Origin: Paracoccaceae bacterium
GTDB taxonomy: Bacteria > Pseudomonadota > Alphaproteobacteria > Rhodobacterales > Rhodobacteraceae
Assembly: GCA_026982275.1 (NCBI GenBank)
Contig: JALSHK010000006.1
Location: 1-34,875, forward strand
DNA length: 34,875 nt
Reading direction: 5' to 3'
A model generated the notes under the pieces. That model ran no database searches, had not been told where the DNA came from, and saw only the letters and a list, made by a program, of their open reading frames with translations. Both the position numbers and the translations under genes were made by a program. Below, piece by piece: positions 15,389-24,900 of this stretch; the stretch's first letter is position 1, and each line of letters begins with the position of its first letter.

Positions 15389-17477
15389 TGCGCTGCGCAC
15401 CCCTCGCCTGTCCGACCCGTCTTTTGTCATGCAGGCTGTCGCCAATTTTGGTGACCCCGCAGAACTGGTTCCGCTCGGTATTACGGTAGATGCCTCCACG
15501 CGAGGCTGGGTGATTATGATGCGGGCCAACCGCAAAACCCAGCCGGTGATTTCGGCGCTTTGTGCCGCGCTGGCTCTCAAAGAAGAGGCGTTGGATCGCA
15601 TTGACGACTCAGAGCGGAATGCGACAGGGGTGCGCAGTTTGGGGCAGGAAATGCTCTCCCATGTTATTCATCGTGACTGGGTGAATGAAGGGGATGCCGT
15701 GGCCCGCCACGGGGAAAAAATAATAGCAGCGCGGCATATGGAAAACGAAGCGCTGGCGGCATTGCTTGACAAAATAAATGTGCATGCGACCAACTGCCGT
15801 GCTGCCCGTTTCGGGGCGGATATGGTTGATGGTTTTACGCTTTTCCACCTGCGGGACGATCCGGCGCGAGGCTCTACCTTACAGGCTTTTCTAAAGGCGT
15901 ATTCGGGTCTGGAGGTGCCGGTTTTAAGTGCGTATCATACCGAGTTTGGCACCGTATTTCTGCCTAAAGCCCCGCCACGGGAGGCTCTGGGCGCCGTGGC
16001 TCATATTATGAACCGCGCCCCCGAGCTTTTCGGCTTTGCAGCCAAGGGATTTTCTGACGCCCCGTCAGCTATGCTTTTCGCTTTGGTGGAAAATGACACG
16101 AGTGAAGGAAAAAGCACACATGGAAGGGATATGTGCCTTGATTTGCGTCATAGCCGCTTTTTCGGCAGCCAGGCTTTTGCAGAGCATATCCGCCCGGTCA
16201 TGATTACAGCAATGCCCAGTGCTGACCCGGAAAAAAGCATTGAAGACCTCGGGCGGCAATTGCGAAACAGTAAAGGCACTTTTGCGCATGCTTTGCAATT
16301 GCGTGAAAATCAGGACGAGCTGCTGGCCAGAGATACGCTGACGGATCTATCTATTTTGAAAAGCGAGCGCAAAGCGCTTGACCTGCAAATCCGCCATATT
16401 CATGCCGGCCTTCCCGCTCAGGTGGTTCTCATTCGTGTCGGGGATGAAGGGCTGGAAACGGTGATTCATTTTTTGCGCGGACTGGTTTCCCGGAATGATA
16501 GCTGGAAAGGGGTTTCCTACAAACTGGAGCAAAACTCCAGCGTCCCCGAAAAACGTCGCCATGTATTCCATTTCTCGCCGGAGCTTGCAAAGGAGATTTC
16601 GATCTATGCGCGGCTGCAGGGCAAGGCGGATATCGAGTGGTTTCGTGGAGATCAGGCCTGGACACAGATTTATGGCGCGTTTTCACGTTTTCAAATCCTT
16701 GTGCCGTGGAAAACAGCGCTCCACCCTTTACCCCATTCCTGGGAAGCGGACCAGATAGATGGTTATTTGGCCGAAATGGTAGCGCTTTGGAGCGGCGAAA
16801 AAATCCGGCTTCCGGCAGGCAAAGAGCATGTATTGGTATTTTACCCCCAAACCGGAGAGAGCGGCAGCCCGTTGGCGGTTGATGTTTATATGGAGGGTGA
16901 TTTCAGACCCATTGAAGGCCGCACGATTACATGGCTGAATGCGGTTCAGGCGCAACTTACGCTGCCATCTGATAAGAGCGAGGTTTTGGAAGCGGAAGTT
17001 TTAGAAGCGGAAGTTTTAGAAACGGACGCGGAAATCGCAAGCAAGCGGGCATTAAAGGCCGAGCAAATTAAGGCGGTTTTGGTGGCTCAGGAAAAGGAAA
17101 TGCTGGCCTATGGCCGCGATGCGGTTGCGGCAATATTTGACGGAATAGAAAAAGCTGTGGGTGATATCGTGGCGCAGATGGAAGATCGCATAAGCCTTAT
17201 TCAGGAGTTGGAAACAGCTGCCAAGGATATGGAGCGAAAATATCAGGCTGCAAGCGGGCGGCTATCGGGCATTCATCGGAAAGACCGGCAGTTTGCTCGA
17301 AAAGCCAAGTCCGAAACTGCGCGTGATGTGCGGGAAATGACCGCTTTCATGGATGAACTGGAACGGCGGGAGAAGGCTTCGGACGCTGCGATTGCCCGCA
17401 CGACAATGCGGATTCAGGCGATGCATTCCAATATTGCCGCTATGAAAGCACAACTGAAATGGTGGAGCAATGACTGA
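15381..17477 (+). CDS. Hypothetical protein (698 aa) with an in-frame (EVLEA)x3 repeat and a ~130-aa C-terminal coiled coil
   Basis: The ATG overlaps the upstream gene by 8 nt. The C-terminal region DAEIASKRALKAEQIKAVLVAQEKEML...RIQAMHSNIAAMKAQLKWW has heptad-like helical character. No catalytic motif recognised. Confidence 0.7.
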   Translation: MSNALRTPRLSDPSFVMQAVANFGDPAELVPLGITVDASTRGWVIMMRANRKTQPVISALCAALALKEEALDRIDDSERNATGVRSLGQEMLSHVIHRDWVNEGDAVARHGEKIIAARHMENEALAALLDKINVHATNCRAARFGADMVDGFTLFHLRDDPARGSTLQAFLKAYSGLEVPVLSAYHTEFGTVFLPKAPPREALGAVAHIMNRAPELFGFAAKGFSDAPSAMLFALVENDTSEGKSTHGRDMCLDLRHSRFFGSQAFAEHIRPVMITAMPSADPEKSIEDLGRQLRNSKGTFAHALQLRENQDELLARDTLTDLSILKSERKALDLQIRHIHAGLPAQVVLIRVGDEGLETVIHFLRGLVSRNDSWKGVSYKLEQNSSVPEKRRHVFHFSPELAKEISIYARLQGKADIEWFRGDQAWTQIYGAFSRFQILVPWKTALHPLPHSWEADQIDGYLAEMVALWSGEKIRLPAGKEHVLVFYPQTGESGSPLAVDVYMEGDFRPIEGRTITWLNAVQAQLTLPSDKSEVLEAEVLEAEVLETDAEIASKRALKAEQIKAVLVAQEKEMLAYGRDAVAAIFDGIEKAVGDIVAQMEDRISLIQELETAAKDMERKYQAASGRLSGIHRKDRQFARKAKSETARDVREMTAFMDELERREKASDAAIARTTMRIQAMHSNIAAMKAQLKWWSND
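16980..17024 (+). repeat. Three tandem 15-bp units (gaRgttttRgaaRcg) encoding EVLEA-EVLEA-EVLET
   Basis: The units are gaggttttggaagcg / gaagttttagaagcg / gaagttttagaaacg, direct tandem copies (2 and 1 mismatches to the middle unit), in frame within the 698-aa CDS. Confidence 0.9.
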
Positions 17478-17877
17478 CACCCCGCCAAAACCGGATAGTT
17501 TGCGCGCTGGCTTTACTTATAATGGTAATGTTTCGGACGCATTGGCGCATTTTGAAAGCGAAAACCAGAAGGTGGAAAATGCACTTTCCAACCTTTCACA
17601 ACATGAGAAATCTTTTATTGAAGCCCGAAAAGAAGTGTTGGGCAAGATTGTAAAAACTCGCCGCCGGCAAAGCTGGCGCTTGAGGCGGGGGTCTTTATGG
17701 CTGCGCTGGCTCGGGATGCAGCGCATAATGGTTGAGCTGCGTATCTTCTTGACCAATATTCTGTCTTTATTTCTATTTTTTATTGGTTGGTTGATCATGG
17801 TGGCGATCACTTTGGCAACAATCGCCTTCGGGATCTATCTGTTTGTGCAAATTATCGAGGCGCTTGTTAATGGATAA
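17470..17877 (+). CDS. Small membrane protein (135 aa): helical N-terminal part, basic amphipathic linker, C-terminal hydrophobic hairpin
   Basis: The ATG overlaps the upstream gene by 8 nt. RRRQSWRLRRGSLWLRWL is followed by a ~40-residue hydrophobic stretch, ILSLFLFFIGWLIMVAITLATIAFGIYLFVQIIEALV, which is long enough for two TM segments. Confidence 0.7.
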   Translation: MTDTPPKPDSLRAGFTYNGNVSDALAHFESENQKVENALSNLSQHEKSFIEARKEVLGKIVKTRRRQSWRLRRGSLWLRWLGMQRIMVELRIFLTNILSLFLFFIGWLIMVAITLATIAFGIYLFVQIIEALVNG

Positions 17878-18973
17878 CCATCCGCTAAATACCTCGTTGA
17901 ACAACGATGATTTCAACCCGACGTCGCGCATCACTTGGTTGACAGCGCCGGCGAAAAAATCAGCGGCGCGCTGGTTGTTTACTGGAAGGCAAACCAGGTG
18001 GATTTTTTTGGGGCTGGCCGCAATTGGGGGAAGTGCAGTATTAATGATTTGGCCCGTTTTGCCGGCCAATAGTCCGGCCTGGCCGATTTATTGGCTGCAC
18101 GACACCATTGTTTCTCCTGTCGTCGGACGAATTTTTCTTCGGTATTCGCCTTATCCCGAACTGATCATTGCCAGCCTCGTAATGCTTGCCCTGTTTGCCT
18201 TGTATGCGCGCAGCTTTGCCGGAGATATGCACCGCCTTGCAACCAACAGGGCGTTGAGGTCTGCCGGGTTCAAGAATATTTTGATAAAATGGGCAAGTGC
18301 CCGCCGGAAAGACAGTTACCTGCAAGCTTTGGTGGAGCGGCGATTCCGGGAGGTTTTCCAGCAATGGGCTGGCACAAAAACGCCACAAAGTTTCAACGCT
18401 GTTCAAGAATCCGCACATTTCGCCATGGCCATGATCTCCAAAACCTGCGCCGCTGGAGACCGTAACGCCGATATGGCATTGGCGGGCATTGCTGCGCGCT
18501 TGATTGTGGCGCAGTGGTTAACCGGAAAGCCATGGCCTTCCACCGATGACCGGCTTGCAAAACAGCTTGCCGATAATGGCAAAGACCTGAGCAAAAGCGT
18601 TCTGGCGCTTGCGGGACATGCAGCCCGGCCAAAAGACGGAGAGGAAAAGCTCAATTCTTTCTGGGCGCGCGGAAATATGTGGCCGAAAAATGAGCGCTCA
18701 CAATATTGGGAAACCCTGTGCTGGCTTGCTTTGGTTCACGGGTTGCGTCAAGAAGACAGCTATTTGCTTCACCACTTCCTGACATTGCTGGCGGAATACG
18801 GGTTTTTGGCGGATTCTTCATTGGCAGAAGGGCAGGAGACTTCAGACAGCTTCAGCATAGACCCTGCATTATGGCTATGCCTTGAGCCGGTACAGCTTGA
18901 GCTTGGCACCGGCCCGGGTGCCGAGGCAATCCTGTCGATACGAAAGGAATTGATGCAGGAGGTGGGCCCATGA
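17870..18973 (+). CDS. Membrane protein (about 367 aa) with two predicted N-terminal TM helices and a helical C-terminal domain
   Basis: The ORF track starts at 17843. I prefer the ATG at 17870 (MDNHPLNT...), which gives the same 8-nt overlap pattern seen at neighbouring junctions. Hydrophobic segments are WIFLGLAAIGGSAVLMIWPVL and LIIASLVMLALFALYARSF. No motif recognised. Confidence 0.65.
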   Translation: MDNHPLNTSLNNDDFNPTSRITWLTAPAKKSAARWLFTGRQTRWIFLGLAAIGGSAVLMIWPVLPANSPAWPIYWLHDTIVSPVVGRIFLRYSPYPELIIASLVMLALFALYARSFAGDMHRLATNRALRSAGFKNILIKWASARRKDSYLQALVERRFREVFQQWAGTKTPQSFNAVQESAHFAMAMISKTCAAGDRNADMALAGIAARLIVAQWLTGKPWPSTDDRLAKQLADNGKDLSKSVLALAGHAARPKDGEEKLNSFWARGNMWPKNERSQYWETLCWLALVHGLRQEDSYLLHHFLTLLAEYGFLADSSLAEGQETSDSFSIDPALWLCLEPVQLELGTGPGAEAILSIRKELMQEVGP

Positions 18974-21900
18974 AATGGCCATTCCCTCCCTTTGATGAGG
19001 AAAACGGTTTGCCACGCCATGGGATGGACCGCTGGTTTGCCCGACGAACAAAAAACCTGCGGTTTGTCAACCGGCTGGATCCGGTTTGGGGAGCGATTGC
19101 GCTTTTGCTCATAATCGCGGTTATGCTGGTGATCGGCATTGGCGGGTTGCTATATCCGGAGCCTGAGAAAACGGTGCGCGTAGAAGATAGGCGTATTTTG
19201 CAATCCTTTACCGATCCCGATGATTGCTTCGTTAGTGCCGCACCAACGGCAAATGGCCAATTGCTGGTTTCTCTGTCGCGTGCGGCACGCTGCCGGAGCG
19301 ATATCGCTTCTGGCGGGGTCACTTTATATGATCCTATTTGGCGCGTTTTTTCCCCCCAAACCCTGCCTTTCGCCGATGACGAAGGCTATTCGCTTTCCGA
19401 TACAATCGGCAATGTTGCCAACTCGGTCTGGATTAGAGGCGATCAGGACGGGCTTGCACGCTGGACAGAAGGCCGCTGGGCTGTTTGGGCCTCCCAGACT
19501 TCGATGCAAATTGGCGAGCGATTGTCGATGGATCGCGATATTGTTGCGACAGCGCAAACGAAAAATGATGGTGAATCCATGTTTGCTACAAGGACCGGCG
19601 CATTTTCTGTTTACGATACGTCCGACTCGAGATGGCAAAACTATGGATACTTGCCGGGGACCGGCACGGTAAGCGCGCTGGAGTGGAGCGACAAAGGGGT
19701 GTGGGTCGCTCGTGGCTCGGGATTATGGTTTGCGGATTTTAGCCTGGGCGCAGGTCTGGGCGAGCCTCGCCAGATTTCCAGAGATCCGGTGTTAAGCCTT
19801 GACTTGACGGAGCAAGGCGAAGCTGTGGTGTTATATTCGAAAGCCTGTGAAGGACAGCCTTCGAGAGTGGCTGTGGAGCGCGGGGGCTGTCAGGCTCTGG
19901 TGCGCTATACCAGCGACGCACGACGCTATTACGCAATGCTGGATACAACGGCGGCTCCGAGATTGCTCGATTCCCGTGCTGTGCAATTTGTTGCGGCAAT
20001 CGGTGCCGAGCTGGTGTTGGCGGGAAAAAATGGTATATGGCGCTATAACACCACGACCAGAAGCTGGACCCGTCCGGAAAAGCGCAGCGTAACGGTTCTG
20101 GAAACCGGCCCTGATGGCACCATAGCCTATGGCGGACGTGGCTGGATTGCAATGCAGGCACCCCTGATGCGTACCACCGTTACTTCCAGCTTCCCGAACC
20201 AGAGCCGGACGAGTGTTATGGTATCTTTTGACAGCCGGAACCGTCCGTTATTCACGGATAATCAAGGCGCCCTTATCCGGCTTGAACGATCCGGCACACT
20301 GGCTTTTCTATTTGAGCCAACCGCACCGGGGGCTATCGAAAGCATGTTTGTGGCCAGCAGCCCCACCCATGATTATTTTATCGGTGAGTCGGGGCAGGTG
20401 GCGCTTGACCGGGAAACGCGAAGCTATACGAGGGCAGGTTCCAATTCGCAATTGTCAAGCATGGCAAATGCTACGCTCTATGCCCAACTGGGCTCATTGG
20501 CGCTTGGATTTGTGCCTACAGGCACAACGGACCGCGGGAGCCTTGTAGTCTTTGATATGTCTACCCCGTCTTTATCGGTTTCGCGCCCGGTCGAGAGCGC
20601 AAAAGGCCTGACATTGGCAACAGAAGCACAAGCCTTTTTTACCGATCGTTTGGGTCGGCTTTTTGGGGGCCGGATCAATTTTCGCCAACCATCCGGCATA
20701 TCGGTAGAGGGTTTGATGCCTGCACAGCCCAATACCGGCCCGGGAGAGCGCCAGGTCGACGATGTGACAAGGCTTGGTGACCGTTTTGTTCTGAGCGGCG
20801 CATGGGGAATCCGGATTTATAATCCCGTTACACGAGGCTGGGAAACGGTTTCCTCGATCGACACCCGAACGGTTGCCGATCTGGGGCAGGGCGGAAAGAT
20901 ATTGTCGGTAGGCAAAGATGGCATATTGCGGACGTATCAACCCTCGTCAGACCGCTGGCTGGCAAGCACCGTTATTCCGAACAGGCCGCTGGCTTTCAAT
21001 AGCGAGCGCGATATTCTTGACACTCTCGTTTCCCCGCTTGGCCAAATTGTATTTTTGGCGAAAACGGAAAATGGTGGTGTATTGCAGGTATACGACCCTC
21101 GGACACGCCGGATCGTGTATACATCTAATATAAACGCTGGCGCGGTGACCAATGGTAAAATCCTGACATTCATATCCGGGCAAAACTGGATGCTGCGCTT
21201 GGGAGCGCGGGCCTTCACAGCCGATGGTGCCTTGCCTCTGGCACCTGCCAGCCGCGGTGTGGTTTCCGGCTGGGCTGAATCCGGCAAAGTGTTTGTGACC
21301 GTCGAGCAAGACCAGCGGACCGGATTGAAATTCCTGCATCGGCGCCAGATTGGAAACGATCGCTCCACGTGCCTTTATCGCGCGAACACTATTGATGCTT
21401 CCCCGCAGCTTGATGCGTTTATGCCTTCGCAAAACAGGCTGGTAACCGTAACCGAACAAGGTGTTTGGCTGAATAATTTATCCACACGCAGGTGGAATAA
21501 AGTCAACCTGCCGGCCTCGTCGTATCAGGTTGGCATGTCTGGCAATATGTTATGGGCGCGCTCGACCGGGCGGCGGGCGGCCAATCTGGTATACCGGATC
21601 GATCCGCAAGCCGCCCCCGCATATGACAGCTGTGACCCGAATGCCACAGGCATTGCAAGCGTTGCTTTTGAAAATGCTGTTATCCTGCCGGAAAATGGTA
21701 CCGTTTACCGGATAACTTCTGTTCAAGATGGCGGCTCTCCCCAGGTTGTCAAAGAAACCATCGGAGGGCGGGCAAGCGTGCAGCTTGCACCTGCCGGCGC
21801 GCCACCGGGTGCGGGAGCTCCCTTGCGAAGCTTTGTGCACGAGGCCACGAACTCACTGTGGCTTGCCTATCCCGGGGCATTGGCGCGTTATGAGTTTCGC

Positions 21901-24900
21901 GCACGGAAATGGACGCAATTTCCGTTGCCCCGCAGTCGGGATTGGTCGCAAGTGTTGATCGAAACCGGAGAGGGTACGCTGGAGGGCAAGCTGGTTGCCA
22001 GCTACATCGCCGATGCAGGGTGGATTCAACTTCGGGTGCCCTATGGCGCTGGATCCGCGAGTGAAATGGAAGTGTTTGACCGTGAAATCGTTAATCCTGG
22101 CCCTGTGCCGGGTGGGCGATTGGCCGGAAATCTGCAAGAAATCAGGCAATCGGCATCGGCGCTGTATTTCAGGTTTCCCGACCGGATTGTCAGCATGAAC
22201 CGGCGTAACCGTTCCTGGAACCCGGCTTGGCCGATCGCCGATGAAAATGCCGAAATGGCCATTATAAACAATCGGTTTATGGTTTATGCGCCTTCCCTGA
22301 ATCGTCTGTATTTTCAGCGGGGCCGCGGCACCGTTGGCATTGGTGCGGCGTTGCGGGAGGTTGTAGTGCCCGAGGGGCAAGTGCCAATGATTGATCGTGA
22401 CGGGTTGATAAGCTGGATTGCGGCTGATGGTGCGTTAGTATCCTGCAGCGCGGCGGCGATCTGCCAAAACGTGGTAAATCCGGTGCCCGAGATCGATTTG
22501 CGTGGTGTGTCCTCTATCCGGCAACTTGGCGAGGATTTTCTTCTCGCCGGGGATGACGGGCTGGGTATTGTGGTAACGCGAGACCCTGACCAACGATTCC
22601 GGCGACTCACGCAAGGCGCAAAGCCGCTGACGGGGCAAAATACGCTTGGCCGGTTGCGCACAGAAACTATCGGGGTGCTGCGCCGATCAAAAAATGGCGA
22701 AAACCTGTTTATGGCCAGTCCGTCAAGCGGCTTTTGGGTGGTTGATGGGCCAATGCCTCCCTTCTTGCCTACTATGAACAAAGCTACATCATTCGGGCTG
22801 AGCGGGGTATTTAATCCGGATGACAACTTGTATATTGACACCAGCAAGCAGTTGGTTGGCGAGGATGGTATAATCGGGCCGCTTCCGGCAGGAATTTCCG
22901 GTCAGGATATCATGGCCATTGGGCGTTTTGGCGATGACTACTGGTTTCAAACCCTTGACCGCATTCAGGTTTTTTCTCCGGATTGCATTTCTCCAGATGT
23001 TGTGGTGGATGTGCCGGAAGATCCCGAACAGGACATCGAGGCTCCCGCGCGTTGCATAGAACGTGACTTTCCGACCTTGGAGGGTCAGATAATTGCTTAT
23101 ATTGAAGCCGGGAACTCTGGGCAGAATTTCATCGCCATACTTCAGGATGGTTCAGCGCAGAGCTTTGATGGCCGTTGGCAGCAAATCCGCCCTGCCTTTC
23201 AACTTCCGCTGGCTACAATACAGGACTTTTTACAAGCCACTACCTTTGTTCGGCCAGACGGGAAGCGCAGTTTTTTTGCGCCATTATCCGTTGAGGAAAG
23301 CGTGGACGGGTCCCGATTTACGGTTGTCGAGCCCAAACCGGGCGGTACGAACCGGCGGCGCAGCTATGTCGCGTTTCAAGCCGGTACACTGGCAGCCCTC
23401 GATCTTGGATGGTTGCGTTTTGATGCGGCCCGCAAAGTGTTGGTTTTGGGCCGTGGGGAACAGAAAAGCGAGATGCCTCTCGACGCAGCCTTCAACTCTG
23501 ACCAGCGGTTTTTAGCGTTTGCGTGGTCTGCACCGGCCCCGCAGCCTGACGGGACGGTGATTGTGGCCCTGCAGGATGGGCAGCTACGGCTGCAAAATCC
23601 GGCTAGCCAATCATCTCTGGTTACAGCAGCCTATGTCAGGCAGCGCGGTATCTTGGATGCAGCGGTGGTGCCGGATACAGGTGGCCATTGGCAAGGTCCG
23701 CGCTTTTTGCCATTTCAGGCAGAAAATACCCTGTTGTCGCCTGAGAGGCTCTATCAAAAAGAAGCATTTTCCATCCTGCAAGATCGGCGCGAGACCGGCG
23801 TGCGCCTGCGCCACGGGGTTAACCGCGTGCTGGACCGGGCAGGCTTCTTGTGGGACCGGTTCAATGATATCGGACTGGGGCCAAATTTGGAAGTAATTTT
23901 GCAAACCGCCCTTGGGCCTGTGGAAATGGATGCCCCTGAAGCCGCACTTTTTGAGGGTATGGTGGCCTGGAGTGCTGACACGCTGGATGTGATAGAGGCT
24001 GCGACGGAACGCCGCCTGCCGGAAAACAAATTCGAATGGAGACAGGATCGTCGTAATGGCATTGCCTCCCTTACTCGGGATACGCTGTTTTCGGCAATTT
24101 ATGCCAATGGCACCCTCTCCGTCTCGACCTTGGCAGGATTTGGCCAGCGGCGCGGATTTGGTCCTGTTGCTACGCTTGATAATGCCGCCGACCCAGTCGA
24201 CTTGCTATTGTCACGCGGAGATGAGCCGCTCGTTTACGGCCTTTTGAATGGCGATGTAATGATTGCCAATGAGCAGTCCGGGCTTGAGATTGCGGATCCG
24301 GCGATAGCCGCAGAGGTGATGCAGCTTGAAGCGTGGCGGGTGGGGCCGTTATTTGCCCGTGCGAAAAATAGCGGTCGCACGCAGTTCGAGGTGCGACTGG
24401 CTGAAACCGGCGGGCAAGAAAGCCCGGCAATCGGGCCATCCCGTAGATTTTTGTTTGATTCATTCCTGCAGGCGCGGTTCGCACCAGATCAAGCGCTTTA
24501 TCTGGTGAGCAATGCCGGGTTGATGCGCTCTGCTAGCCGCAGTCCGGATCTGGCAGGAATGGAATTGTTAAGCAGCAATACGGGAAACAGGAGCTATGAC
24601 CTCGTAACACGTGAGAATGATCTTTATGTTCTGGCCCGCAAGCATGGCCGGCCGGTGGGCTGTGAGCAGATTTCAGAAAGCGGACAAAGGCAGTGTGATG
24701 TGCAAATGCCACTACTGTCGATGGTGCAGACGACCTTATCCGATGATCGGGGCCTGACGGCTAAAGCAGGCGAAACCGGGTGGGTTTTTTCAGCTTCGGA
24801 CCCCGATACCAGCATGAATCGCAGGGTTAGCCTTGAAAACGGCAGGTTTTCTTTTGATCGGATACAGGCGGTCGCGGTTTGTAATGGCGCGTTTTTTATG

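Noticed and set aside
16980-17024. Possible CRISPR-like or regulatory repeat array
   Set aside because: There are only three directly abutting 15-bp units with no spacers, fully in frame inside a CDS. This is a coding micro-satellite and not a CRISPR array.
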